Shown here piece after piece: positions 1 to 9,583 of a stretch of DNA of 64,000 bases. The stretch is taken from contig CAXPEB010000026.1 in NCBI GenBank assembly GCA_964215915.1, positions 10,342 to 74,341 on the forward strand. Reading direction: 5' to 3'. Numbering within the stretch: the first letter of the stretch is position 1; each line of letters starts with the position of its first letter. The notes under the pieces were generated by a model that saw only the letters and a program-made list of their open reading frames with translations, was not told where the DNA came from and made no database searches. The position numbers and the translations under genes are program-made. Source of the DNA: Bacteroidia bacterium (GTDB lineage: Bacteria; Bacteroidota; Bacteroidia; UBA8524).

Positions 1-269
1 TGGGTTTGTCCGCGCAGGAGGGGCTTGGTCTGGGTGATATAACCCAGGTAGGAAGCCGCCACGCTGTCAACGGGCTTATCGGTTTCAATGGTGTAAAACC
101 CGTCGAAATCCGTGGTAATTCCAACCGTTGTTCCCGGGAAGTAAATATTCACAAAAGGCAAAGCCTCCCCAGATTGGGCGTCTGTGACCTTGCCGGTTAC
201 CCGGGTCTTTTGAGCAAAAAGCCCGGCAGAAACTGCCAGGCAGAACAATACGGTCAGAAGTCGGCGCAT
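1..269 (-). CDS. 5' end of a SusC/TonB-dependent-receptor-like outer-membrane protein (runs off window start)
   Basis: Minus-strand ORF with ATG at 269..267 running open to position 1. Translation MRRLLTVLFCLAVSAGLFAQKTRVTGKVTDAQSGEALPFVNIYFPG... is a signal peptide plus the carboxypeptidase-regulatory-like N-domain typical of SusC/RagA TonB-linked receptors. Not in the ORF track because it lacks a stop in the window. Confidence 0.5.
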   Translation of the reverse strand, partial: MRRLLTVLFCLAVSAGLFAQKTRVTGKVTDAQSGEALPFVNIYFPGTTVGITTDFDGFYTIETDKPVDSVAASYLGYITQTKPLLRGQT

Positions 270-272
270 GCT

Positions 273-1067
273 TTATTTTTCCACCACCGAGATGCTCATT
301 TTTACATCCTCCAAGGGACGATCTCCCGGTGCGGTTTGTACGGCGGCAATTTTATCGATCACTTCCAGTCCCTCCACAACTTCACCGAAAACGGTATACT
401 GCCCGTCAAGGTGTGGCGTACCACCAACGGTGGAATACGTCTGTACCTGCTCCGGAGTATACTGTACCCCGCTACGTGCGGAAAACTGCTGAAGCATGTT
501 TTGCGGAACTACCTGTCCCTGCACGATGTAGAACTGCGATCCGCTGGATTCCCTTTTCGGGTTCATCTGATCGCCCAGACGTGCGGCAGACAAGGCACCT
601 TTCTTATGAATGAATTTGGAACTGAATTCGGCGGGAATGGTATAACCCGGACCGCCAGAGCCTAGCTGAACCCCGGGAGCGGCTCCTTTGGAGTTAGGGT
701 CTCCTCCTTGGATCATAAAATTCTTGATCACACGGTGGAAAAGGAGTCCATCATAGAATCCTTCTTTCACCAGTTTAACAAAGTTGTCGCGGTGAAGCGG
801 CGTTTCATCATACAGCTTCACCTTCATGGTTCCATAGTTGGTTTTAATCTCTACCATTATGTTTTTATTCTCGGGTTGTGACACAGGCACCACGGGGGTA
901 TCCTGCTTGTTGGCAGGAACCGTCTGACTTTGTTCTTCAGGTTCCCGATTATCATTCGTGTTGTTTTCTTTCTGTTTCTGATCCCCGCATGCCGCAATTA
1001 GCAAAGAGGCAAAAGCGATCATGGCGTAATATTTCGGTGCTCTCATGGTTTTATGCATTATGGCCAA
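273..1067 (-). CDS. Cyclophilin-type peptidyl-prolyl cis-trans isomerase (lipoprotein)
   Basis: Motifs FHRVIKNFMIQGGDP and SQFYIV...TPHLDGQYTVFGEVVEG are the cyclophilin signature. N-terminal signal with lipobox (LIAAC). Stop is 4 nt from the start of the downstream SusC-like gene. Confidence 0.9.
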   Translation of the reverse strand: MAIMHKTMRAPKYYAMIAFASLLIAACGDQKQKENNTNDNREPEEQSQTVPANKQDTPVVPVSQPENKNIMVEIKTNYGTMKVKLYDETPLHRDNFVKLVKEGFYDGLLFHRVIKNFMIQGGDPNSKGAAPGVQLGSGGPGYTIPAEFSSKFIHKKGALSAARLGDQMNPKRESSGSQFYIVQGQVVPQNMLQQFSARSGVQYTPEQVQTYSTVGGTPHLDGQYTVFGEVVEGLEVIDKIAAVQTAPGDRPLEDVKMSISVVEK

Positions 1068-1073
1068 AAATAA

Positions 1074-1415
1074 TCAAAGGGTGTTAAAATATACCAGCAC
1101 TTGTTCCTTAAGGTAAATTTCCTGTTCCACCACGTTAATATAGGGCAGTTTGCCGTTCAGTTTCCAGTGCGGCCAGCCGTCTTTGTCATGTCCTTCCAGT
1201 TGGTAGTGTCCCTCCTGGCTGAGCAGTTTGCATACGGCAATATGCATGAGGTTGACCTTGTCTTCTTTCGACCAGCGCTTTTTCACCTGGCCCAGCTCAC
1301 GGATTCCGATCAGCAAGAGTACCCCGTTAAGGTCCGGTTCTTTCCCGAACTGAATTGCCAGCTGCCCGATGAGTTCCTTCCACCGGTCTTCCAAAACGTT
1401 TTCCGTCTTCATCAT
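1074..1415 (-). CDS. Hypothetical protein (start probably the internal MMKTENV...; ORF track gives 1074..1478)
   Basis: Protein-like composition. No recognisable domain. Using the internal start avoids overlap with the upstream gene. Confidence 0.4.
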   Translation of the reverse strand: MMKTENVLEDRWKELIGQLAIQFGKEPDLNGVLLLIGIRELGQVKKRWSKEDKVNLMHIAVCKLLSQEGHYQLEGHDKDGWPHWKLNGKLPYINVVEQEIYLKEQVLVYFNTL

Positions 1416-1434
1416 CCCTGCAAATCTAGGAAGC

Positions 1435-2703
1435 TCAGGTCTTTTGTTTTTTCTTTTTCGCCGACGGGAAAAGTACATTATTCAGGATGAGCCTGTACCC
1501 GGGAGAATTGGGGATAAGCTTGAGATCGGTGGGAGGCTCTCCCACGTAGTGTTCGTAATCCTCCGGATCATGCCCCCCGTAAAAAGTCCAGGTACCCTTA
1601 CCGGCGGTACCATGGATATAGCGGGCTTCATTCACCACCTTGGTTTCTCCCATCACTACTACTCCAGGCTTAATCACATCGTTATTGAAGGCGGTGGTCT
1701 GTCCCATAAAGCCCTTGATCACCCGGGTATGGTTCTGGGTCAGCAGGGTTGGGATGAGGTCGAATTTGGCACTGAACTCAAAGAGCGTGAAGTAGTCATC
1801 CGATTCGGTGAGCCTCCTTGGCTTGTAATTGGGGCGTGAATCGATATTGGAGAACTCGTACAGAAAAGGATTCTGTTCGAGCAGGAAATTCTGAAAGGCA
1901 AAGGTGTTGGAAAAATCAAGTTTCTGCTGAGCACGCGGGTCAGACGGATCTCCGTCGAAAATATTGGCGCAGATATCCACTCCATCAGCCGAAAGGGCAA
2001 TGTCGTAACTATCGGTAGCGGAACACATGGCAAAGAGGAATCCGCCTCCCAGGCAGAAGTCGCGAATTTTTTTCGCTACGGCCAGCTTGAGCTGCGAAAC
2101 TTTGGCAAAGCCATGCTTTTTCGCCAGGTCTTCTGCTTCCCTCACCTGGTCCTGGTACCATTTCTGGCGATGGAAGGACGCGTAAAAGCGACCGAACTGT
2201 CCGGTAAAGTCCTCGTGATGCAAATGCAGCCAGTCGTATTCGGGCAGCTTGTCGCTAAGCACCTCATCATCAAATACCACATCATAAGGAATTTCGGCAT
2301 ACGTGAGGACCAGGGTCACGGCATCGTCCCAGGGCTGGGCGGTTTTGGGTGAATAAACCGCCACTTTGGGGGCATTCAGCAGCTTCACGGCTTCCATATT
2401 CACCTCCGGATCGGCAATCTCTTCATGGATTTGCTGCGATTTGAGGTCGGGGATGATCTCGATACTTACCCCACGGATCAGGCATTCCCGTTCAATCTTC
2501 TCGCTGTGATCGAACAGAAAGCTTCCGCCCCTGTAGTTCAGCAGCCACTCTGCCTCGCCCCCGTTCTGCAGCACCCAGAAGGTAATACCGTAAGATTTGA
2601 GGTGGTCTTTTTGCTGATCGTCCATAGGGATAAGGATCTTCACTGCCATGGAAGGCAGGGAAATCAGCAGGAACAGGATGTTGAGGAGTATTGTTTTTTT
2701 CAT
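1435..2703 (-). CDS. Secreted hypothetical protein (possible class-I glutamine-amidotransferase-like fold)
   Basis: N-terminal signal peptide (MKKTILLNILFLLISLPSMA). Motif LGGGFLFAMCSA suggests a nucleophile-elbow Cys. No confident family assignment. Confidence 0.5.
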   Translation of the reverse strand: MKKTILLNILFLLISLPSMAVKILIPMDDQQKDHLKSYGITFWVLQNGGEAEWLLNYRGGSFLFDHSEKIERECLIRGVSIEIIPDLKSQQIHEEIADPEVNMEAVKLLNAPKVAVYSPKTAQPWDDAVTLVLTYAEIPYDVVFDDEVLSDKLPEYDWLHLHHEDFTGQFGRFYASFHRQKWYQDQVREAEDLAKKHGFAKVSQLKLAVAKKIRDFCLGGGFLFAMCSATDSYDIALSADGVDICANIFDGDPSDPRAQQKLDFSNTFAFQNFLLEQNPFLYEFSNIDSRPNYKPRRLTESDDYFTLFEFSAKFDLIPTLLTQNHTRVIKGFMGQTTAFNNDVIKPGVVVMGETKVVNEARYIHGTAGKGTWTFYGGHDPEDYEHYVGEPPTDLKLIPNSPGYRLILNNVLFPSAKKKKQKT

Positions 2704-3095
2704 ACACGCTCTGTTTGGTTCAATGCGAAAAACACGGCAAGGATACCCGCAAGATTCGTTCCTCCGATGTATAAAAAAGCATAGAGCCAGGCTTTTTGAC
2801 GAAGGAGAATAACCGCTTCGAGACCGAAGGAAGAAAATGTGGTAAATCCTCCAAGAAAGCCAACGATAAGCAGGTGCTTATATTGCGCCAAACCGGATTG
2901 GCTGAGCATCCATCCGCTCAATGCCCCGATAAGCAGGCATCCCAGCACGTTTACCGCAAAAACCCCGATGGGGAAGGTTCCTTCACTCAGGTTACCGAAC
3001 CAACCGGCCAGAAAATACCGCGCCAGTGCTCCCAATGCTCCGCCAAGTGCTACCTGTATCCAGATTGCCATAAATTCAAAAGTATGGAAATGCAC
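2700..3095 (-). CDS. crcB: Fluoride ion channel CrcB/FluC
   Basis: ALGGALGALARY and GFLGGFTTFSSF motifs. Four transmembrane segments in about 125 aa. True start is probably the internal MAIWIQ... Confidence 0.85.
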   Translation of the reverse strand: MHFHTFEFMAIWIQVALGGALGALARYFLAGWFGNLSEGTFPIGVFAVNVLGCLLIGALSGWMLSQSGLAQYKHLLIVGFLGGFTTFSSFGLEAVILLRQKAWLYAFLYIGGTNLAGILAVFFALNQTERV

Positions 3096-3122
3096 CTGCT
3101 TTAAGGTAATTTTGCCGCCTCC

Positions 3123-3971
3123 ATGGCTTTAGATCAGGAATTCGACCTGGACGAACTGCAGAAAAAGACGCAGGAAGATGCGAAGGAAATGTCTTTCCTT
3201 CAGCATATTGAAGAATTGCGCTGGCACATCATCCGTTCCCTGATTGCCGTGCTTCTGTTCACCGTACTGGGCTTCATTTATAAAGATGTTCTTTTCGATC
3301 AACTGATCTTCGGGCCCAAACGCCCCGATTTCTGGACTTACCGGATGCTTTGCCGCATCGGCGAAACAGTTTACGGCGATAACCGGATGTGTATCGAAGA
3401 GATGAGCTTCCGGATCACCAATATTTCCATGGCGGGACAATTCACCTCGCACATGTTCATCTCCCTGATGGCGGGGCTGATCCTGGCATTCCCCTATATA
3501 CTTTGGGAGACCTGGCGCTTTATCAAACCGGCACTCAAAGACACGGAAAGGAACAAATCCCGCGGGGTAGTCTTTTTCGGTTCCATGCTTTTCCTCTCAG
3601 GGATCCTGTTCGGCTATTATTTCCTTTCACCTATCTCGGTGAATTTTATGGGGGGCTACAGTGTAAGCCCGGAGGTTGAGAATTATATCAGCCTGGATTC
3701 CTATATCTCCTTTGTTGCCACACTGACTTTTGGTGCAGGACTGCTCTTCGAATTGCCCCTGGTGATCTTCTTCCTTGCGAAGATGGGACTGATCACCTCC
3801 GACTTCATGCGAAAATACCGTAGCTATGCGCTGCTGATCATCCTTCTGATTTCAGCCGTGGTTACTCCGCCGGATATCGCTTCCCAGGTATTGATGACCA
3901 TCCCGATCTACGGCCTTTATGAGGTAGGAATATGGATCGCGCGGGGAGTCGAATCAAGAAAGAAAACCTAA
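3123..3971 (+). CDS. tatC: Sec-independent (twin-arginine) translocase subunit TatC
   Basis: MSFLQHIEELRWHIIRS is the TatC N-terminal signature. Six predicted transmembrane segments. Size 282 aa. Confidence 0.9.
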   Translation: MALDQEFDLDELQKKTQEDAKEMSFLQHIEELRWHIIRSLIAVLLFTVLGFIYKDVLFDQLIFGPKRPDFWTYRMLCRIGETVYGDNRMCIEEMSFRITNISMAGQFTSHMFISLMAGLILAFPYILWETWRFIKPALKDTERNKSRGVVFFGSMLFLSGILFGYYFLSPISVNFMGGYSVSPEVENYISLDSYISFVATLTFGAGLLFELPLVIFFLAKMGLITSDFMRKYRSYALLIILLISAVVTPPDIASQVLMTIPIYGLYEVGIWIARGVESRKKT

Positions 3972-3980
3972 ATTGAACAC

Positions 3981-4409
3981 ATGAAACTTGCCATTGCCTC
4001 CGATCATGCCGGATATGAATTGAAAGAACTGCTGAAAAAACACCTCAGCGAAGAAGGCCATGAACTGGAAGACTTCGGAACACATAGCACCGACTCCACC
4101 GACTATCCCGATTATGCGCACCCGCTGGCCGAATCGGTGGAAAACAAACAAAACGACCTGGGCATTCTGATCTGCGGGTCCGGCAATGGGGTATGCATGA
4201 CCGCCAACCACCATGCGGGTATCCGTGCCGCATTGGCCTGGAATGCTGAAATCGCTTCTCTTGCCCGCCAACATAACAACGCCAATGTGCTTTGTCTGCC
4301 GTCGCGTTTCATCAGTACCGAAGAAGCATTTTCCATTACCGAGTCCTGGCTGAACGCCGAATACGAAGGTGGCCGGCACCAGCGCAGGGTGGAAAAGATC
4401 TCCTGCTGA
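3981..4409 (+). CDS. rpiB: Ribose-5-phosphate isomerase B
   Basis: MKLAIASDHAGYELKE...GILICGSGNGVCMTANHH is the RpiB/LacAB family signature. Confidence 0.9.
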   Translation: MKLAIASDHAGYELKELLKKHLSEEGHELEDFGTHSTDSTDYPDYAHPLAESVENKQNDLGILICGSGNGVCMTANHHAGIRAALAWNAEIASLARQHNNANVLCLPSRFISTEEAFSITESWLNAEYEGGRHQRRVEKISC

Positions 4410-5401
4410 TGTTTCTCCGGATACTGTTTTTTGCCGCTATACTCACTGGCTACGGAACCGCACTGGCCCAATCGGCGACAGACCTGAGCGAATCTTCTTC
4501 CCTGTTTTACCTCCGCCAACATCTTTATACGCTGTCCGCCGACAGCATGGAGGGTAGAAATACGGCCCAGGAAGGACAGCGCAAGGCGGCGGAATACCTT
4601 GTCCATACACTTAAAGAAATCGGCATAGAACCCGGTGTTATAGACAGCAATGGACACAAGACCTACCTGCAACCCTGGGATTTTGTAAAACGCTACGGTG
4701 ATCGCCGGGCCTATTACCCGCAATCCTGGAACGTAATAGGACTGCTGCCCGCCACCGAACCCAGTGATGAGTATGTGGTGATCTCCGGCCATTATGACCA
4801 CCTGGGGGTGCTTTATGATTCTATCTATAACGGAGCAGATGACAATGGCAGCGGCACCTCTTCCATACTTGAAATGGCCCGGCTGTTCAGCAAACAGGAA
4901 ACTCCCAGGAAACGCAACCTGCTCTTTATCTTCTTCAGCGGTGAAGAAAAGGGCTTGCTCGGGTCAAAGCACTATGCCCAATACCCCACCGTGCCTCTGG
5001 AACAAATTGTAACCGACATCAATATTGACATGGTGGGAAGGGCGGACTCCATACATGCAGAGGATAGCAACTATCTCTATGTAATTGGGTCGGATCGGAT
5101 TTCCAAACGCCTTGACAGCCTGCTCCAGGCGGCTAACTCCGGCCCGGATTCCATGCAATTGGATTATACATACAACGACCCCGATGATCCGCAACGGCTT
5201 TATGAGCGCAGCGATCATTACAATTTTGCGAGCAAGGGTATCCCGGTTGTTTTTTTCTTCTCAGGCATTCATTACGATTACCACAAACCTGCCGACGATG
5301 TGGAGAAGATCAATTTTGAGGTCTTGTACCGGCGTATGATGCTGGCGTACCGCCTTGCTTCCCTGTTGGTCTGCGAACCGGTTCCACTGCTTCCCGATTA
5401 A
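4409..5401 (+). CDS. M28 family zinc aminopeptidase (secreted)
   Basis: HYDHLG...GADDNGSGTSSILE...FFSGEEKGLLGS are metal-binding motifs of peptidase M28. Signal peptide present. ATG overlaps the rpiB stop (TGATG). Confidence 0.85.
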   Translation: MFLRILFFAAILTGYGTALAQSATDLSESSSLFYLRQHLYTLSADSMEGRNTAQEGQRKAAEYLVHTLKEIGIEPGVIDSNGHKTYLQPWDFVKRYGDRRAYYPQSWNVIGLLPATEPSDEYVVISGHYDHLGVLYDSIYNGADDNGSGTSSILEMARLFSKQETPRKRNLLFIFFSGEEKGLLGSKHYAQYPTVPLEQIVTDINIDMVGRADSIHAEDSNYLYVIGSDRISKRLDSLLQAANSGPDSMQLDYTYNDPDDPQRLYERSDHYNFASKGIPVVFFFSGIHYDYHKPADDVEKINFEVLYRRMMLAYRLASLLVCEPVPLLPD

Positions 5402-6213
5402 TCTTCCATCGCCTTCTGCAACAACTTCCATTCATCCTGTTCCATGGCTGGCAGGTAAGGCAAGCTTTTGCTGTCTTGTCCGGCGATCTTCTCCCGGATA
5501 TAGGCAGCACGCTCTTCCGATATGGGGTGTGAGGAAAACCATTCGGCAAATTCAGGGGCACTTTCCATCCTTGCCAAAAAATCTGCGAGGGCCTGTGGGT
5601 TGATCTGTGCCCCCTGGAGATAATCCACGGCAACAAGGTCTGCTTCCTTTTCCAGGTCCCGGCTAAAAGCAAGAGAAGTGAGGTTTTCAAGGGACTCGGC
5701 GATGAGGGTGCCTCCCCCGTTTGACACCAGGTTACTCAATGTTGCAATACCGAACTCGCGGATCAGAGCCTGCATTACATGTTCTTTCTCATGATGAGCA
5801 ATTTCATGAGCCAGCACCGCAGCAAGTTCATCGGAAGAGCGGCAGGATTCGATCAATCCGCTATATACCACAATATGCCCGTCGGGCAGCGTAAAGGCAT
5901 TGACTTCGGAACTCAGAAATATGTGTATCCGGATGCGGCTGGATCTCCTGGTTTCATTGCGGGTGATTTTGGTAACCAGCTTTTCCAGAGTACCCAGCAT
6001 CTTCTGATTCCGGTATTCGAGCTCGGTTTCACGCAGGAAACGCATATAGACCTTACCCAGATCTTCTTCCAGGTTTTCCATGCGTTGTTCCACCTTAAAA
6101 ATGCTTCTCCAGTCGACCTGCCTCAATCCGGCCCAAAGTCCGGCTAACACCAGCAGGGTAACGAATATCTTAATAACGCTCTTCATGCGACGGACGAACG
6201 ATACTGTCAGCAA
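5398..6213 (-). CDS. M48 family metalloprotease (membrane-anchored)
   Basis: HEIAHHEKEH (HExxH) motif. N-terminal transmembrane anchor. Likely real start is MKSVIKIF (about 6186). Confidence 0.8.
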   Translation of the reverse strand: MLTVSFVRRMKSVIKIFVTLLVLAGLWAGLRQVDWRSIFKVEQRMENLEEDLGKVYMRFLRETELEYRNQKMLGTLEKLVTKITRNETRRSSRIRIHIFLSSEVNAFTLPDGHIVVYSGLIESCRSSDELAAVLAHEIAHHEKEHVMQALIREFGIATLSNLVSNGGGTLIAESLENLTSLAFSRDLEKEADLVAVDYLQGAQINPQALADFLARMESAPEFAEWFSSHPISEERAAYIREKIAGQDSKSLPYLPAMEQDEWKLLQKAMED

Positions 6214-6634
6214 TATCCCCGATTATGAACCAGTCTACATGGACCCCTTTACGGGTAAGGATAGCCGCATAGATGGTAGCCACAAACTCTACGAGATTCA
6301 CCAGCAACACCACAATCAGGTAGGCGAAATAATCGTTGCCGGCTTCTGTTTCGGTATCGCGAATGAGGGATACGGTCCACCAGAATGCGTAAGAGTTCAG
6401 GAAGAGCACCGCAACCTGACTGAGGAGGGCCTGGGTACAATGCCAACGAACGAACCAGGTGCCGTTGCGGTTCTGTAAGTAAAAAATGAATGTGGCAATG
6501 AGGTTGATTATGGGGAGCGGAAGTCCGGCGATCAGTGCTACCAGAGACATCAGGTAGCTGTTGGACGCTTTTTCACACTCATGTTCCCCAGGTTCATACC
6601 CGAATTTCTGTGCTGCGTTTCCTGTATGGATCAT
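6170..6634 (-). CDS. Small integral membrane protein (DUF4870-like)
   Basis: Three to four hydrophobic helices. No catalytic motif. Confidence 0.5.
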   Translation of the reverse strand: MIHTGNAAQKFGYEPGEHECEKASNSYLMSLVALIAGLPLPIINLIATFIFYLQNRNGTWFVRWHCTQALLSQVAVLFLNSYAFWWTVSLIRDTETEAGNDYFAYLIVVLLVNLVEFVATIYAAILTRKGVHVDWFIIGDIADSIVRPSHEERY

Positions 6635-7038
6635 AGTCCTTTGAATATATTCCAGATCCAGTTTCCCACTACCAGTAAAATCGCCGGCAGGTACCAGTGA
6701 GCTTTGGTGAACAAGGTATTGACCCGGTTTACCAGATCATTTAACCGTTGCTTGCCGGTGAACAGATCCGACAAGGTGAGCACCGGTAAAATAAGCAACA
6801 AAGCAAGGGAAAGGAATCCGAAGGGGTTGATGAAAAAGGCCTCTTCAAAATGCCCATGAAAGATGGCCATAAAAGAGCGGCTACTGCCACAGGCCGGGCA
6901 GGGATAGCCGCTCAAATTTTTTACGAGGCAGGGGGTTAAACCCGGTTCTTCATACCTGGTCAGATTGAAAGCCAGCCAAATGCCGGAGGCAAGGGTAGCC
7001 AGCAAAACCAGCGCATGAAGTTTCCTGCCCTGTAGCAT
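6631..7038 (-). CDS. DUF2752-like membrane protein
   Basis: CPACGSSR (CPxCGxxR) motif between transmembrane helices, characteristic of DUF2752. Confidence 0.55.
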   Translation of the reverse strand: MLQGRKLHALVLLATLASGIWLAFNLTRYEEPGLTPCLVKNLSGYPCPACGSSRSFMAIFHGHFEEAFFINPFGFLSLALLLILPVLTLSDLFTGKQRLNDLVNRVNTLFTKAHWYLPAILLVVGNWIWNIFKGL

Positions 7039-7047
7039 AATTATGGA

Positions 7048-7455
7048 TTATAGCACGCGGCTCAGCTTGGCAAAATTCTTTTCGCGCGCTGCTCCCATGA
7101 TCATGAAGATATCTACGATGGCCCAAATACCGAAACCTCCGCAGGTAAGCAGTTTACCTACTCCAAGTCCGGTGTCTCCCAGCATGAAGCGGTCGATGCC
7201 CAGGCTACCGGCAAGAATGGAAACGATCAGCAGGGTGGTAGGGTCATGGTACTGGATAAATTGCAATTCCGACCATTTGGATTCGTCCAAAGCCAGCAAT
7301 TTTTCCCGGATAAAGGGCATTTGGTGGCTTTCAAAAAATTTCGCGTTTGACATGATGTACATGTCTACTTTAGAAGCGTCCATAAGTTTTTTGTATGTGT
7401 CTGTGTTTTTACGGTTCCAGCCTGTATTTGTTACAGGCCTACACAAGAATAACAA
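7048..7455 (-). CDS. TM2 domain-containing membrane protein
   Basis: GSLGIDRFMLGDTGLGVGKLLTCGGFGIWAIVD matches the TM2 domain pattern (G..G.DRF..G....G..KL.T.GG.GIW...D). Confidence 0.65.
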   Translation of the reverse strand: MLFLCRPVTNTGWNRKNTDTYKKLMDASKVDMYIMSNAKFFESHQMPFIREKLLALDESKWSELQFIQYHDPTTLLIVSILAGSLGIDRFMLGDTGLGVGKLLTCGGFGIWAIVDIFMIMGAAREKNFAKLSRVL

Positions 7456-7479
7456 AAAAACTTAACGAATTTTCCGTTT

Positions 7480-9018
7480 TCAGGCGGATGGACTTTGCAT
7501 GCGGTATTGTGCCGCAAATTGCTGCCAATCCTGGAGGAGATCCCCTTTCATCACCCTGGGGAATTTATTCTGGGAACCTACTTTTCCTTTGGACTTAAGA
7601 AAATCCAGGAAAACCTGTTTGGGCAGGGCATCTAACAGAATACTGTGCAGGGCATGATTCCGCTCCACGGCATAATCGTCGTTGAGCATTTTCAGATGAT
7701 GATCCAGACGAACCCGCAGGCTTTCCGTATCCACCGGTTCATCCACGGCCAGGTACCAATGATGGGCAAAAAGGCCTTCATGCGGAATACCGCCTACCGT
7801 AAACTCGGGGATATTGATCCCGGTTTCATCCGCCAATAACTGAACGGCGTTGGTCATATTGTCTACCGACAAGTGTTCTCCGCAAAGGCTCAGGAAGTGT
7901 TTGATCCGTCCGGTAATGACCAGCTCCAGTTGTTCGTGGGAAGTGAAACGCACCACATCCCCGATCAGGTAACGCCAGGCTCCGGAACAGGTACTGATCA
8001 CCAAGGCATACTCCATATCCGGCTCAACTTCCATGATGCTGACAGCTTTGGCTCCTGGAAGCAGGTCTCCTTCATCCGAAAAGTTATCGTTATTGAAAGG
8101 AACAAACTCAAAGTAGATCCCCGAGTTGAACTGAAGTGCCATTCCATCGGCATTTGGCCGCGTTGAGAAGCCCATGAACCCCTCGGAAGCCAGGTAGGTC
8201 TCGTAATAATAGATCGGTTCCCCAAGTAGCTTTTCAAAGGCTCTGCGGTAGGGACCAAAGGCCACCCCACCGTGTATATACACTTTGAAATTCGGCCATA
8301 TCTGATGGATATGATCGAGGTTATACCGGTCGATGATCTTTTCGAAAAGGATCTGTATCCATGCCGGAACACCGGCAATCATGCCTACATCCCATTTCCG
8401 GGCATCATTCACCATTTCTTCTATCTTCTGTTCCCAGTCCCGGAATTTCCGAATTCGCCTGTCGGGTTTGGAGAAAGGCTGAAACCAAAAAGGCAGGTTG
8501 CCGGTGGTGATTCCGCTGAGGTCGCCGGAATAGGCTATTCCGTTAAAGTGCAGATCGGTGGAACCGCCCACCATCAAAGAATGTTTGGTGATAAATTCCT
8601 TGGGAAGATCGCTGCGGGCAATGGTAAGAATCTGTTTAAGGCTGGTACGCTGGATGGAACGGAGCATATCCCGGGTAACGGGAATATACTTACTGGCCCC
8701 CTCCGAAGTACCGGAACTCAATGCAAAATGCATGGTTTTCCCGGGCCAGGTGATATCCGGCTCTCCTGCATAAGCCCTTTGCCACCAGGGATGCATCGTA
8801 GAATAACTGCCAAGGGGAACGGCATTGCGGAAATCTTCCACAATGTTCGGACTAAAATAAAGTTCACGAAAATCATGCGCCTTCCCGAATTCCGTATCCT
8901 GCGCCTTTTCGATCAGTTTGCGCAGGTTCTTGGTTTGTACATCAAAGGCCTTGGGCTGGTTCCTTGCAAACCTGCTCCGCCAATCCAACTGCTCTCTAAC
9001 CCTCCTGATGATGCTCAT
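7480..9018 (-). CDS. GH3 (auxin-responsive promoter) family acyl-adenylate-forming protein
   Basis: About 510 aa. SSGTSEGASKYIP (acyl-AMP-binding P-loop-like) and overall GH3-family layout, as commonly annotated in Bacteroidota. Confidence 0.65.
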   Translation of the reverse strand: MSIIRRVREQLDWRSRFARNQPKAFDVQTKNLRKLIEKAQDTEFGKAHDFRELYFSPNIVEDFRNAVPLGSYSTMHPWWQRAYAGEPDITWPGKTMHFALSSGTSEGASKYIPVTRDMLRSIQRTSLKQILTIARSDLPKEFITKHSLMVGGSTDLHFNGIAYSGDLSGITTGNLPFWFQPFSKPDRRIRKFRDWEQKIEEMVNDARKWDVGMIAGVPAWIQILFEKIIDRYNLDHIHQIWPNFKVYIHGGVAFGPYRRAFEKLLGEPIYYYETYLASEGFMGFSTRPNADGMALQFNSGIYFEFVPFNNDNFSDEGDLLPGAKAVSIMEVEPDMEYALVISTCSGAWRYLIGDVVRFTSHEQLELVITGRIKHFLSLCGEHLSVDNMTNAVQLLADETGINIPEFTVGGIPHEGLFAHHWYLAVDEPVDTESLRVRLDHHLKMLNDDYAVERNHALHSILLDALPKQVFLDFLKSKGKVGSQNKFPRVMKGDLLQDWQQFAAQYRMQSPSA

Positions 9019-9055
9019 ATCCTGTCCACAAATTAATAAAAAAAGTGCGAGCCTT

Positions 9056-9583
9056 TTATTTGATCTTTCCTTCCGCCTTCAGTTCCCGCAGACGGGTCAT
9101 CACATGGAGGGAACGGTTTACCCGGGTCTGAACCCCTTTCGCTGACGATATGTAGTAAAGAAAACCCCGTTGCAATCCGGGACTCAGACGATGGAACAGG
9201 TCCTTCCCTTCCGGGTCTTGTTCCAATACTTCTGCAAATTCCTCGGGAAACCCCATCCCAAATTCCGATTGGTCCTCTTCCAACACTATTTCCAACTCCG
9301 CACCGACCCGTATCCCATGGTCTTTGGCCATCTTTCTGTTCAGTACGATCAGGTTGTAGCCATTCCTGGAAAGTTGCAGAGCACGGTGATAGGCCTTATC
9401 TCCCAGATGCAGCAATACCCGGCTGTTCTTTTCAATTCCCATGGTGGTATGCACCGTTTCATCCAGCATAAGGTAAAGGCCACCCATCTCTCTGCCGGAA
9501 TCGTGCACACTGGCTGTAAAACGGTACTTACTCATTACTCTTCCTTCAAGGCCCTGACGGGATAATCCGGATGCCGGTCCCAT
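9056..9583 (-). CDS. DUF1905/YdeI-OmpD-associated domain protein
   Basis: Composition and size fit bacteriocin-protection YdeI-like proteins. Likely start is the internal MSKYRF. Confidence 0.45.
   Translation of the reverse strand: MGPASGLSRQGLEGRVMSKYRFTASVHDSGREMGGLYLMLDETVHTTMGIEKNSRVLLHLGDKAYHRALQLSRNGYNLIVLNRKMAKDHGIRVGAELEIVLEEDQSEFGMGFPEEFAEVLEQDPEGKDLFHRLSPGLQRGFLYYISSAKGVQTRVNRSLHVMTRLRELKAEGKIK

Noticed and set aside
6-665. 219-aa plus-strand ORF (alternative start) at the window start
   Set aside because: Lies antisense to the well-supported cyclophilin gene and the SusC-like 5' end. Composition is Arg/Gly-rich in a way typical of antisense frames.
3096-3122. Looked for a fluoride riboswitch upstream of crcB
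   Set aside because: Only about 27-50 nt separate crcB from the divergent tatC start. There is no room for the roughly 60-nt crcB motif and no conserved riboswitch core seen.
4112-4801. 229-aa minus-strand ORF
   Set aside because: Antisense to rpiB and the M28 peptidase, both with clear catalytic motifs.
8272-9036. 254-aa plus-strand ORF
   Set aside because: Antisense to the GH3-family gene. No motifs.
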